Positions 1 to 10,572 of a stretch of DNA of 64,000 nt are shown here, in pieces; positions within the stretch are counted from its first letter, which is position 1; each line of letters starts with the position of its first letter. The notes below the pieces were generated by a model. It saw nothing but the letters and a program-made list of their open reading frames with translations. It searched no databases and was not told where the DNA came from. The stretch is from an uncultured Ferruginibacter sp. (lineage in GTDB: Bacteria > Bacteroidota > Bacteroidia > Chitinophagales > Chitinophagaceae), in contig CAZCAA010000002.1 in the NCBI GenBank assembly GCA_964496585.1, positions 36,995 through 100,994 on the forward strand. The letters are read 5' to 3'. Position numbers and translations under genes: made by a program.

Positions 1-2165
1 AATCAAGCACTGCTTCAATTGAAAATTTGAATATTTACCCGGGTGCCATTTTGATAATAGATGATGCAAAATTAGTAATAGGCGGTTTCATCAATAACAA
101 TGGAGTATTTGATGCGAGCGATGCCGGTGCAATCATCGAGCTATCAGGAATCAGCAGCCAGACAATTGCAGCTAATACTTTTGAAAATAATTTATTGGGA
201 AATCTGATTGTAAGTAACTCCAGCATTCAGGGTGTAACGTTAGCTGGTGCTTTAGACGTTAATCGTTCCGTTACATTTTCAGGAACAGGAAGAAAATTGA
301 ATACGGGAGGTTTCCTTACTTTCAAATCAACAATCGACGAAACTGCCTGGCTCGGAAATGTTACCGGAAATACAATCTCCGGCGACGCAACAGTTGAAAG
401 ATACATTGCAACAGGAACCGGCAGTGCACCCAACCATGGTAAATCTTGGCAATTGCTGGGCGTACCTACAACTGGTCAAACCATCAAACAAGCGTGGCAG
501 GAAGGTGCCGTTACTAACAATGGCAATCCTAATCCTGGATTTGGCACTATGCTAACAAGCAATGTTCCAAACGCAGCAACCCAACCAAATCCGGGATTTG
601 ATGTATTCACTGCTCCGGGCCCATCAATAAAAACATACAATTCGGTTAATAATCTGTTTGATAGCCCTACAAGCACCAACAACCAGCTTTATAATTCAAA
701 AGGATATTTCGTCCTGGTACGTGGTGACAGGTCTGTAACAGCTTTTAACCAGGCAGCAACCCCAACGGTACTACGCTCAAAAGGAATGCTATTCACACCA
801 GCAAATCCTCCGGCCGTTACGAATGTATTGGCAGGTAAATTTGAATCTGTTGGAAACCCTTATGCGTCGGCGTTAGATATTCGCAACATCGGCAAAACAG
901 GCGGAGTAGATGAATTCTTTTATGTTTGGGATCCTAGGCTTGGAAGTTTTAACAACCTTGGAGCTTATCAAACATTATTTAAAGTAGGTGCTAATTATTT
1001 TGCGATGCCTGGTGGAGGTAGCTACGGTTCCGGAGTAAATAATTTTGTACAGAGCGGACAAGCTTTCCTCGTACAGGCAACCGGCACTAACGGTACTGTA
1101 AACTTCAGTGAAAATGCGAAAGTTGCGGGAAGTACTTTGCTGATGAGGGAAAATCAAACAGCCAATCTGCCTAGCGTTGTTCAAACCAGTCTGTTTGCTC
1201 TAAGTAATGACGGAAGCAGCGCATTGGTTGATGGCACACTCGCTATTCTTGATAACAACTATGCGAATGATGTTGATGGATTTGACGCAAAAAAACCAAC
1301 TAACGTAGGAGAAAATATCTCTATCCGTAACAATAGCACTTTACTAAGTATTGAGAGAAGGCAGGCCATCGCACAACAGGATACTATCTTCTTAAATCTT
1401 ACAGGAACGAGAGCCCAGGCTTATCAGTTTGAATTCAAGGCTACTGATCTTGGTAGTGATGTTGAAGGATTTATTCAGGATAAATATCTGGAAACATTAA
1501 CTGCGCTAAACGACAACGGAACTACCGTTGTGAGTTTCACGATAGCCAACATTCCTGGCTCCTATGCTCCAGATCGTTTCCGGATCATATTTAACAGGCT
1601 GAGAATAGTTCCTGTAACCTTTACTTCGGTTAAGGCTTACCGTAAAGATGCTGCTATTAAAGTTGAGTGGAGTGTAGAGAATGAAATAAATGTAAAGCAA
1701 TACGAGGTGGAGAAATCATTGAGTGGTAGCCAGTTCAGTACAATCGCCATGAAAAAAGCAATCGCGAATAATGGCGCATCAGCCACATATATCATAACAG
1801 ATGAAAATCCAGTTAACGGATACAATTACTATCGTATCCGCAGCATAGACCTTGATGGCAGAACTCAATACAGCCAGGTTGTAAAAGTGCTTGTTGAGAA
1901 AGAGAAAGAGGCAGGCATTGCAATCTATCCGAATCCAATCAGCAATGGTGTGATTAACCTTCAGTTAACCAACCAACCAGCTGGTGAATACGGAATAAAA
2001 CTGTATAATAAACTCGGACAGGTTATCTTATCTAAGAAAGTTCAACGTAGCGAAGGGAACAGTACAGAAAAGATCAACTGGGATTTCAATCTGGCCCATG
2101 GCATGTATCACCTGGAAGTTCTATTTCCTAATGGAAGTAAAAAAATAATTAAAGTCCTATATTAA
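1..2165 (+). CDS. Secreted T9SS type A sorting-domain protein, 5' partial (frame open to the window edge)
   Basis: C-terminal 'VPVTFTSVKA...YYRIRSIDLDG...IYPNP...GMYHLEV...KIIKV' is the Chitinophagaceae Ig-like plus type A CTD; no in-frame stop upstream of 27. Confidence 0.85.
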   Translation, partial: SSTASIENLNIYPGAILIIDDAKLVIGGFINNNGVFDASDAGAIIELSGISSQTIAANTFENNLLGNLIVSNSSIQGVTLAGALDVNRSVTFSGTGRKLNTGGFLTFKSTIDETAWLGNVTGNTISGDATVERYIATGTGSAPNHGKSWQLLGVPTTGQTIKQAWQEGAVTNNGNPNPGFGTMLTSNVPNAATQPNPGFDVFTAPGPSIKTYNSVNNLFDSPTSTNNQLYNSKGYFVLVRGDRSVTAFNQAATPTVLRSKGMLFTPANPPAVTNVLAGKFESVGNPYASALDIRNIGKTGGVDEFFYVWDPRLGSFNNLGAYQTLFKVGANYFAMPGGGSYGSGVNNFVQSGQAFLVQATGTNGTVNFSENAKVAGSTLLMRENQTANLPSVVQTSLFALSNDGSSALVDGTLAILDNNYANDVDGFDAKKPTNVGENISIRNNSTLLSIERRQAIAQQDTIFLNLTGTRAQAYQFEFKATDLGSDVEGFIQDKYLETLTALNDNGTTVVSFTIANIPGSYAPDRFRIIFNRLRIVPVTFTSVKAYRKDAAIKVEWSVENEINVKQYEVEKSLSGSQFSTIAMKKAIANNGASATYIITDENPVNGYNYYRIRSIDLDGRTQYSQVVKVLVEKEKEAGIAIYPNPISNGVINLQLTNQPAGEYGIKLYNKLGQVILSKKVQRSEGNSTEKINWDFNLAHGMYHLEVLFPNGSKKIIKVLY

Positions 2166-2184
2166 ACTGTATCAAGAAAGTTAC

Positions 2185-2213
2185 AAAAGCCTGGCATCAC
2201 CAGGCTTTTTTTT
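2185..2213 (+). terminator. Intrinsic terminator
   Basis: AAAAGCCTGG-catca-CCAGGCTTTTTTTT right after the stop codon. Confidence 0.85.
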
Positions 2214-2265
2214 ATTTTAATAAAATGAATGTTTAGTTCTTATTTAATGATTATCAAATCCCCCC

Positions 2266-2292
2266 AAAAAAAATAGCCCAGTTAAGGGCTAT
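2266..2292 (-). terminator. Intrinsic terminator of the HD-domain gene
   Basis: ATAGCCC-agttaa-GGGCTAT preceded by an A-run (U-tract on minus strand). Confidence 0.65.
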
Positions 2293-2376
2293 CGCAATTA
2301 ATCATACTTTAATCTAAAAATTATGCTTTTTTAAAACGCAGTTACTGAATAGTTATTGTACAGAATTGTAAAAAAA

Positions 2377-2979
2377 TTATCCAGCCTTCTTAAAATGTCC
2401 TTTCTGCACACTATCATCCAGCATTGGCTTTGCGATGGCCCAGATAGCTGCTGAACCGTCTTTTATCACCACCTGCGTTTTATAAACATTGGAAAAATCA
2501 ACGTCGTATTCCTTCCAGGTGCCACCTCCGTTAGATACGTTTTGAAGTAAAGGTTCAAATCTGTCCATCGATTTTGCAAACTTTGCTTCTTCAGTTTCAC
2601 AAGCTTCAAATTCTTCCCATAATGCAATCAATTCCACAGCCTGATCTTTAGGCAATAAGCCAAAAATCCTTTCGGCCGCTATTCGTTCACATTCAGTATT
2701 ACAGTGGCTCTTATTTGTATCGTACAGAAAAATATCGCCGGCATCAATCTCAACGATATCGTGAATCAATACCATTTTTAATACTTTCAATACATCCACC
2801 TTTACATTAGAATGTTCGGCCAGTACTATCGTCATCATAGCAAGATGCCAACTGTGCTCAGCGTCGTTCTCCGATCTGTCACTATTAAATAAACGGGTTT
2901 TACGTTGAATATATTTAAGTTTATCAATCTCGTGTATAAATGCCACCTGGCTCAATAGTCTTTCATTAATCATCATCAT
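2377..2979 (-). CDS. HD-domain phosphohydrolase (HD_3/YfbR-like)
   Basis: 'ENDAEHSWHLA...LIHDIVEIDAGD...EEFE...AKSMDR'; start reassigned to the MMM run. Confidence 0.85.
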   Translation of the reverse strand: MMMINERLLSQVAFIHEIDKLKYIQRKTRLFNSDRSENDAEHSWHLAMMTIVLAEHSNVKVDVLKVLKMVLIHDIVEIDAGDIFLYDTNKSHCNTECERIAAERIFGLLPKDQAVELIALWEEFEACETEEAKFAKSMDRFEPLLQNVSNGGGTWKEYDVDFSNVYKTQVVIKDGSAAIWAIAKPMLDDSVQKGHFKKAG

Positions 2980-3222
2980 AGCTAAGCAATTTAAATTATA
3001 GATTATTACAAAAATGTAACAGGCTGAAATAACAAAACACAAAAAATCAATATTTATTGTGTAAGGTTGTTCAACCGGTAGTTATAAAATCACTGTTGCA
3101 AAGACAGTGCTTCGGTTTAAAATGATTATAATATCATTTTCATTTTTCATAATTTCATGTTCTCCTTTTAGGAGATAATTTATATACGAATAAAGTATTA
3201 CTAAGTTTTTAATATAAAGATA

Positions 3223-4218
3223 ATGGCTTATGCTCCAAATGACGATCGTTACAACTCTATGGAATATCGGAGATGCGGTAATAGCGGAATGAAATTACCT
3301 GCGATATCGCTGGGCCTATGGCATAATTTCGGCCAGCCCGATTCATTTGAAAATTGCAGAGAAATGCTTCATACTGCTTTCGACAATGGGATAACTCATT
3401 TTGATCTTGCAAATAATTATGGGCCGCCTCCAGGTGCTGCCGAAGTAACTTTTGGTAAAATATTTAAGGAAGACTTTAGCACGTACCGGGATGAATTGAT
3501 CATCTCCACCAAAGCCGGCTGGAAAATGTGGAATGGACCCTATGGTGATTTTGGGTCAAAAAAATATCTTACTGCAAGCATCGACCAAAGCCTGAAAAGA
3601 ATGGGCTTGGAATATGTAGATATTTTTTATCATCATCGCCCCGATCCTGATACCAATCTTTATGAAACAATGCAAACGCTGGATCTTTTTGTAAGACAGG
3701 GCAAGGCACTTTACATCGGCATTTCTGGTTATGAACCTGCGATAGCCGTAAGAGCGTTTGATATCCTGAATAAATTGGGAACTCCCTGCCTCATTCATCA
3801 ACCAAAATATTCTATGCTTAATCGTTGGGTTGAAGACGGTTTAATTGATCTGCTTGAAAAAGAAAATATTGGATGCATTGCTTTTTCTTGTCTTGCTCAG
3901 GGATTGTTAACCAATAAATATCTGAATGGTATTCCTGCCGATTCCCGCGCTGGAAGGCAACTGGAAAATGGTGCTATAAGAGAAGATGCTGTTACTCCCG
4001 AATTAGTAAATAAGCTAATTCAACTAAATAAAATTGCTGCAACAAGAGAACAAACGCTTGCTCAAATGGCGATTGCCTGGGTTTTAAAAGATAAACGTAT
4101 TACTTCTGTCATATTAGGCGCAAGTAAAGCTGAGCAAATTACTTCATCTATCAAGGCAATTAACAATTTGAATTTCACTTATGAAGAACTTGAAAAAATA
4201 AACCAAATATTAAAATAG
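3223..4218 (+). CDS. Aldo/keto reductase, L-glyceraldehyde-3-phosphate reductase (YghZ/Gpr) type
   Basis: 'LPAISLGLWHNFG', 'HFDLANNYGPPPG', 'YVDIFYHHRPDP'. Confidence 0.9.
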   Translation: MAYAPNDDRYNSMEYRRCGNSGMKLPAISLGLWHNFGQPDSFENCREMLHTAFDNGITHFDLANNYGPPPGAAEVTFGKIFKEDFSTYRDELIISTKAGWKMWNGPYGDFGSKKYLTASIDQSLKRMGLEYVDIFYHHRPDPDTNLYETMQTLDLFVRQGKALYIGISGYEPAIAVRAFDILNKLGTPCLIHQPKYSMLNRWVEDGLIDLLEKENIGCIAFSCLAQGLLTNKYLNGIPADSRAGRQLENGAIREDAVTPELVNKLIQLNKIAATREQTLAQMAIAWVLKDKRITSVILGASKAEQITSSIKAINNLNFTYEELEKINQILK

Positions 4219-4234
4219 TAAGTTGAGCATTATA

Positions 4235-5584
4235 TTATTTTTGCATAATTGATTCAGTACCGGTACTTACGGGAGCCATTAATTTTAACTGGTCATAAAT
4301 GGATTGAATCAATCTCCATGTGCTGGTATCATCATCAAATACTGCATTCAATCCCTGTTCTTCCATCGGTGGATCACCGATATATTGGTCGCCGGATTTC
4401 CACATTAGCTGTTTTGGTTTAACACTTCCTCCGTAGCTCCAAAAAGCAGCACCGGCAAGTGCTCCGTCTTTCTTCCTGCTCATTAATAATTCTGTAAACA
4501 CTGCGGCATAATAATTATCTCTGGCAGTTGTTGAAGAAGATTGATCAAAAGAGTGGCCATCTCTTGGAAGTCCAAACTCTTCAATCACCAGTGGCTTCCG
4601 TAACCTTTCTGCAATACTCAGGTGATCTGAAATATACTTTTTTGATTTAGCGAATACACTATCCAATCCTTCTTCAACAGCCTTGCCTTTAAACCATTCC
4701 CAGTTCTTTGGCCAGATATGAATAGTAAGATAATCTATATTCTTATCAGCATGTATTGATTCATAAACTTGCAAATTCTCTGTGCCTATATAGCCTTCGG
4801 TTCCTATTGTAACCAGGTGGTTCTTGTCATTTTCCTTTATAAAAGAAGCACTGGTGGAAATCCAGTTTTTATAATCTTTTATCGCTGAAGGACGCATGGG
4901 TCTTGGTTCATTTGCCAGCTCCCATGCCATTATTGCCGGATCGTCTGAATATTTTGTACTAGTTATGCTGTTTGTCCTTGAAATGATAAGTTTTAATTGC
5001 GCTAAATAATCAGCTTTACAGGGTTCACATGAATAAAACTTACTTACATAATCCCTGGTATCATCCCAACTTATTTTCTTTTTTAATACTTCATTATTGA
5101 TAAGTCCGTTCCATTGAAGATATTGTAAAAATCCGCCGCTCCATTCCCAGTTATTACTTAAAATGATAACTGCTTTCATATTGCGTTTACCCATTTCAGA
5201 TAGTAAGAGGTCTAATCCTGATAAATAATTTGTATCAAATACAGCTTTACTCTTTTGCAATGCCGGTCCAACTCTATCTACCCCGTTGATAAGCCCTGCT
5301 CCTTCTGCGCCAGCAAGTACACGTAAATTTAGTACGCCGTTGCTTAATAGAAAATCAAGTTCCTTTTTTAATCTATCTATTCCTTTCTCGCTATCTTTTT
5401 GCAAACCCAGCAGGCCGCCATACCAATAGTTTGTTCCGATAAAATACATTGGCTTTCCTGTGTTAAAAAATTGTTGCTGCTTTACAACTACGAATTCATT
5501 TTGCTGGGCAAAACAATAGTTACCCGCTAAAATCATTATTAATGTTATTGCCAATCTGTAACTTTTAAAAGTAATATTCATCAC
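4235..5584 (-). CDS. Secreted GH5 endo-beta-1,4-mannanase-like glycoside hydrolase
   Basis: Signal peptide; 'WELANEPR' (acid/base Glu), 'IEEFG' (nucleophile), 'NNWEWSGG'. Confidence 0.85.
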   Translation of the reverse strand: MMNITFKSYRLAITLIMILAGNYCFAQQNEFVVVKQQQFFNTGKPMYFIGTNYWYGGLLGLQKDSEKGIDRLKKELDFLLSNGVLNLRVLAGAEGAGLINGVDRVGPALQKSKAVFDTNYLSGLDLLLSEMGKRNMKAVIILSNNWEWSGGFLQYLQWNGLINNEVLKKKISWDDTRDYVSKFYSCEPCKADYLAQLKLIISRTNSITSTKYSDDPAIMAWELANEPRPMRPSAIKDYKNWISTSASFIKENDKNHLVTIGTEGYIGTENLQVYESIHADKNIDYLTIHIWPKNWEWFKGKAVEEGLDSVFAKSKKYISDHLSIAERLRKPLVIEEFGLPRDGHSFDQSSSTTARDNYYAAVFTELLMSRKKDGALAGAAFWSYGGSVKPKQLMWKSGDQYIGDPPMEEQGLNAVFDDDTSTWRLIQSIYDQLKLMAPVSTGTESIMQK

Positions 5585-5981
5585 GATATATTTTATTTTT
5601 AATTCCGAAAGTTCAACTTAAATATTATGAATTGGCATCCGGCAACAAATTACTTCTATCGTTGAAAACTGAATATCAATTTGTTGAACAGATTTGAACT
5701 TACCTCCAATTATTCCGGAATATACTAAGATCCTACTAATATTGCCTTTTGACCATTCCGATTTCAGCGATTTTTTGCTGACTATTTATTTTTAAAACAG
5801 GTGAAACTTTACAATCGTGGCTACTACTCAATCTAAATTTTGCTGAAATCAATGTTTCATCCCGGGATATTTCTAAAATTTATATAAAAGAGATACCTTT
5901 AATTTATAAACCGGATTTGATTCAATCTTATAAAAATCTCTTTTGGGTTGACTTTGATTTAATAATATTAATACTACAATT

Positions 5982-6863
5982 ATGCAGTGGCAAGGAAGAA
6001 GGCAAAGTGACAATGTTGAAGACCGCAGAGGTATGTCTGGCGGCGGAAAAGTATTGGCCGGTGGCGGGATCATTGGTGTAATAGTACTTATCGTAAATAT
6101 GCTGCTTAGCGGAAACGGTGAACAATCGATCCAGTTACCTGATTTATCGCAGCAGGATCAACAAGCGCAAAGTTCAGCATTGTCGCCACAGGAACAGGCT
6201 GCTGATGATGAAAGAGCTGCTTTCGTAAAAGTTGTGTTAGCTGATACGGAAGATGTTTGGAGTAAAATATTCAGTAGCCACGACGAACAATACGCAGCTC
6301 CCACACTGGTATTATTCCGCGACCAGGTTTCATCTGCCTGCGGAAATGCCAGTTCTGCCTCAGGTCCTTTTTATTGCCCTGGAGATCAGAAATTATATAT
6401 TGACCTTTCCTTTTACCAGGAGCTTCAAAACAAATTTAAAGCACCGGGAGATTTTGCTATGGCATATGTAGTTGCACATGAAGTTGGCCATCACATACAA
6501 AAATTAATGGGCACGTCAGATAAAATGAATCGTTTACGCGGTAGGCTTAGTGAAGAAGAATATAATAAATATTCGGTAAAAGTTGAACTGCAGGCAGATT
6601 TTTATGCTGGTGTTTGGGCCAATCATGCGCAACAGATTAAAACAGCTGATGGCAGAAGTATAATTGATCCTGATGATATTAATGAAGCTTTAACCGCAGC
6701 AAATGCTATAGGAGACGATCGTTTGCAAAAACAGTCGCAAGGATACATCGTCCCGGAATCTTTTACACATGGCACTTCAGAACAAAGAATGTATTGGTTT
6801 AAAAAAGGATTTCAAACGGGTGATATTCGTCAGGGAGATACTTTTAATGCAAATATTCAATAA
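5982..6863 (+). CDS. Neutral zinc metallopeptidase (YpfJ family)
   Basis: 'RQSDNVEDRRG', 'GPFYCP', 'AHEVGHH', 'ELQADFYAG', 'FTHGTS'. Confidence 0.92.
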   Translation: MQWQGRRQSDNVEDRRGMSGGGKVLAGGGIIGVIVLIVNMLLSGNGEQSIQLPDLSQQDQQAQSSALSPQEQAADDERAAFVKVVLADTEDVWSKIFSSHDEQYAAPTLVLFRDQVSSACGNASSASGPFYCPGDQKLYIDLSFYQELQNKFKAPGDFAMAYVVAHEVGHHIQKLMGTSDKMNRLRGRLSEEEYNKYSVKVELQADFYAGVWANHAQQIKTADGRSIIDPDDINEALTAANAIGDDRLQKQSQGYIVPESFTHGTSEQRMYWFKKGFQTGDIRQGDTFNANIQ

Positions 6864-6996
6864 TAGAATATTTAAGTTAGAACAACTCCTACCCCATATA
6901 GGTAGTTATAGACCTCAATTATAATTTCTCCCTTTGGCTAATCATATACTTAAAAATTAGCATGGTATTTGATTTCGTTTTAAAAAGCCTGATCAT

Positions 6997-7434
6997 ATGC
7001 CTAAAAACGGACCAATTATAATCATTGAAGATGATATGGACGACAGGTTCATATTAGAAGAAGCTTTACGGGAAGCTGGCGTAAATAATGAGCTCATTTT
7101 CTTTGATAATGGGCCAGAATCTTTTGAGTATCTTTTATCTTCCTCTCAGCAACCGTTCTTAATTTTTTGTGATGTAAACCTTCCAAGGCAGAATGGGATA
7201 GAGTTTAAACGTGAACTCGATAGTCATCCCATTCTTAGGGCTATGTCTATTCCTTTCATATTTTATACAACCTTCGTTTCCCAATATGCTGTTAATGAAG
7301 CGTATAATAATATGACTGTACAGGGATTTTTCCAGAAAAACAATTCGCATAAAGAGTTAAAAGATGTGATAAGAATAATTATTGATTATTGGAGAATATG
7401 CAGGCAGCCACAGGCTATAGAACAACCTAAATAA
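6997..7434 (+). CDS. Single-domain response regulator
   Basis: 'IIIIEDD', 'FCDVNLP' phospho-acceptor Asp; receiver domain only. Confidence 0.9.
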   Translation: MPKNGPIIIIEDDMDDRFILEEALREAGVNNELIFFDNGPESFEYLLSSSQQPFLIFCDVNLPRQNGIEFKRELDSHPILRAMSIPFIFYTTFVSQYAVNEAYNNMTVQGFFQKNNSHKELKDVIRIIIDYWRICRQPQAIEQPK

Positions 7435-7566
7435 ATGGATTGCAAAACCAATTTAATAATGCTGTAATATTGTTGTATCAAACAGCATGTCTTTTCAACA
7501 TTTGATTACTTTATTTTTTTTGTATAAAGTGCGATCTTAACTAGTAAAAAAAGTATAGTAGCTGCT

Positions 7567-10521
7567 ATGAAAGAAAAAAAAAACGCATTATTCTCAGACT
7601 TACTTTTTCTAGCCATTATCTTAATTCTTTTATGGGTGTCCTTCCAGTCTTTCAAAAGGATTGAAAAATTGAATAATGATTTTGCGTGGGTTGATCATTC
7701 TAACTTAGTGAAACTTAAACTGGAGCAACTTCTATCTTCTGTAAAAGATGGTGAAACAGCGCAACGTGGCTTCCTACTTACAAATGACACTACTTATCTT
7801 CTACCTCTGGCAGATGGGATAAAAAATAGCTTTTTAATTAATAAATATCTTGATTCTATTACCAGCGATAATAAACCCCAACATCAAAAGACATTAGAAC
7901 TTGCTGTATTAATAGAAGAACGCTTTGATCGATTACACAGTAATAAACTATTAATTAATGAACCCAAGGATAGCCTGATAGAACAATTGCAGATTGGCAA
8001 AGACCAGATGATTAAAATAAGGACGCTCATTAAGTACATGATTGAGAATGAAAATCATTTGCTGGCGGAAAGAACTAAAGAAAAAGATCAGACTGCATCT
8101 ATTACTCCCCGTTACTCACTAATCCTATCCCTTATTGCGATACTTATCGTGATTCTGGCTTATTTTAAAATGAGGGCAGAAAAAACTGCCAGATTCAGAG
8201 CTGAAGACAGCGAAGCTACTATTCAAAATTTCTTCATGCAGGTACCTGCAATGGTAGCCATTTTAAAAGGAGCAAATCATAAATTTCAGTTTATTAACCC
8301 ATCTTTAAGTGAGCTATTGGGGAAATCCGGCATAACAGGAAAGCCATTACTTGAAGCATTACCAGAGCTAAATGACAGTACCTATCTGGAGCTTCTAAAT
8401 GAAGTTTATAAAACAGGCACTTCTTTTAATGGTAAGGAAATGAAAATTCCTTTCCAAAATAAAAAAACGGGTGCCGATATTTACATCAACCTGGTATTAC
8501 AATCATACGAAAATACCGCTGGAGAAAAAGAGGGGATTCTCGTGTTTTGTTATGATGTTTCTGAACTCGTAATCACAAGAAAAAAAATTGAAGAATTAGA
8601 ACTACGATCACGGTTAGCGATAGAAGCAGCTGAGATGGGAACTTTTGACTGGGATTTGCAAAATCAAAAATTCAACTCTTCCCCGAGGCTCACAGAAATT
8701 TTCGGATTCGGAAATAAAGCACCAGTGCCGCATAGTGAACTTATCAGTCGTTTTCATCCATATGATAAGGCAGTTAGAGACAAAGCTGTTGAAGATGCTT
8801 CTGTGAAAGGCTCGCTCGAATATGAGGCAAGAGTGATATGGCCAGATGGTTCAATACATTGGATAAATGTATTTGGAAAAATGATACACAATGATGAGAA
8901 GCAGGCTGTGAGGATCTATGGAACAGTGATAGACATTACAAAGCAAAAAAAGATCCTGAATGAATTGAGGGAAAGCGAATCTAAATTCAGGCTATTGGCA
9001 GATTCAATGCCACAATTAATCTGGACTGGAAATGCTGAGGGCAAATTAAACTATTTTAATAATGCTGTGTATGAATATTCGGGTTTAACGGCCGCAGAAT
9101 TAGAAACCAGCGGATGGATCAGTATAGTTCACCCCGAGGATAAAACAGAAAATATTAACAGATGGCAGAACGCTGTTAGTACCGGATCTGAATTTAAATT
9201 TGAACACCGATTTAAAAAGAAGAATGGAGAATATCGTTGGCAGCTAAGCAGAGCAATCCCTCAAAGAAATATGGATGGCAAGATTGAAATGTGGGTAGGT
9301 ACAAGCACGGATATTGATGAACAGAAGAATTATTCCCGGAAACTGCAAGAGAAGATCAGTGAGAGAACAAAAGAACTGGCTCAATTGAATGAGGAATTAC
9401 TATTACGCAATAACATCTTTGCACAAGCAGAAAAAAATGCCTTAATCGGTAGTTATTCTTGGAGTATGAATAGCGGCGAACTTAACTATTCAGATAACCT
9501 TTTCCGACTGCTTGGTTACGAACCGGGCGATTTTATTCCTTCTTTTGAAAAATACCTTGAATTTGTTCATCCGGAAGACCGGGAACTTGCATCTGATGAT
9601 GGCAAACAAACAATTGAATCAAGGCAACTGGTAGAACGTGTTCACAGGATAATTAAAAAAGATGGAAATATCAGATACTTTCGTTCTAGTGGGAATTTTT
9701 TTGGTGAAGGCGACAACATTTCTCTGATTGGAAGTATTCAGGACATCACACATGATACGCTATTGAATGAAATGCTTCGTTCTCAAAACGTTGCATTAGA
9801 AAGAAGTAATGCAGAATTAGAATCCTTTAACTATATAGCCAGCCATGATCTTCAGGAGCCTTTGCGCAAGATTCAGGCCTTTTCTGATCGCATACTAGAA
9901 AAAGAAAATGACGTTTTCTCAGAAAACACAAGAGACTATTTTAAAAGAATTACAAATGCGGCATCCCGCATGCAAAATCTGATAGATGCATTGATAAGTT
10001 ATTCCAAAACAAACATCTCTGGTGCCAATACAGTAAAAACCGATTTAAACAAATTAATGGCAACAGTTTTAGAAGGCTTACAAGATAATATCGATGACAA
10101 AAAAGCGACCATTCATTTTTCAAATTTGCCTGTAGTTGAAACAATCCCTTCTCAATTTCAACAGCTTTTTACCAATTTGATCTCGAACGCCATTAAATAT
10201 AGCAAAAAAGAGGAAGCACCATTGGTAAAAATTGATGCTTTGCTGATTGCAGGTAAGCAAATAACCGAATTTGCTGCTAATCCTAATTTAAATTACTGGA
10301 AAATAAGTGTACAGGATAACGGTATTGGCTTTGATCAAAAATACAGCGTTAAAATATTTGATTTGTTTCAACGGCTGCACGGTTCAACAGAATATTTGGG
10401 CACCGGCATAGGCCTAGCGATTTGCAGCAAAATTATGCGTAATCATGAAGGGCATATTACAGCCATTGGAAATCCTGGAATTGGAGCTACATTTAATATT
10501 CTTCTTCCCGCAATTGATTAA
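7567..10521 (+). CDS. Sensor histidine kinase, CHASE3 plus multiple PAS domains plus HisKA/HATPase
   Basis: TM-'ETAQRGFLLT'-TM; several 'HPED' PAS motifs; 'ASHDLQEPLRKI', 'NAIKY', 'DNGIG', 'GTGIGLAI'. Confidence 0.93.
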   Translation: MKEKKNALFSDLLFLAIILILLWVSFQSFKRIEKLNNDFAWVDHSNLVKLKLEQLLSSVKDGETAQRGFLLTNDTTYLLPLADGIKNSFLINKYLDSITSDNKPQHQKTLELAVLIEERFDRLHSNKLLINEPKDSLIEQLQIGKDQMIKIRTLIKYMIENENHLLAERTKEKDQTASITPRYSLILSLIAILIVILAYFKMRAEKTARFRAEDSEATIQNFFMQVPAMVAILKGANHKFQFINPSLSELLGKSGITGKPLLEALPELNDSTYLELLNEVYKTGTSFNGKEMKIPFQNKKTGADIYINLVLQSYENTAGEKEGILVFCYDVSELVITRKKIEELELRSRLAIEAAEMGTFDWDLQNQKFNSSPRLTEIFGFGNKAPVPHSELISRFHPYDKAVRDKAVEDASVKGSLEYEARVIWPDGSIHWINVFGKMIHNDEKQAVRIYGTVIDITKQKKILNELRESESKFRLLADSMPQLIWTGNAEGKLNYFNNAVYEYSGLTAAELETSGWISIVHPEDKTENINRWQNAVSTGSEFKFEHRFKKKNGEYRWQLSRAIPQRNMDGKIEMWVGTSTDIDEQKNYSRKLQEKISERTKELAQLNEELLLRNNIFAQAEKNALIGSYSWSMNSGELNYSDNLFRLLGYEPGDFIPSFEKYLEFVHPEDRELASDDGKQTIESRQLVERVHRIIKKDGNIRYFRSSGNFFGEGDNISLIGSIQDITHDTLLNEMLRSQNVALERSNAELESFNYIASHDLQEPLRKIQAFSDRILEKENDVFSENTRDYFKRITNAASRMQNLIDALISYSKTNISGANTVKTDLNKLMATVLEGLQDNIDDKKATIHFSNLPVVETIPSQFQQLFTNLISNAIKYSKKEEAPLVKIDALLIAGKQITEFAANPNLNYWKISVQDNGIGFDQKYSVKIFDLFQRLHGSTEYLGTGIGLAICSKIMRNHEGHITAIGNPGIGATFNILLPAID

Positions 10522-10572
10522 TTTATTATTTTACACCTTACTACCAAAACTTACCGCAAGCCTTTTTCAAAT

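Noticed and set aside
5585-5981. 400-bp gap as a possible pseudogene or sRNA
   Set aside because: Only short, unconvincing ORFs; consistent with divergent promoters
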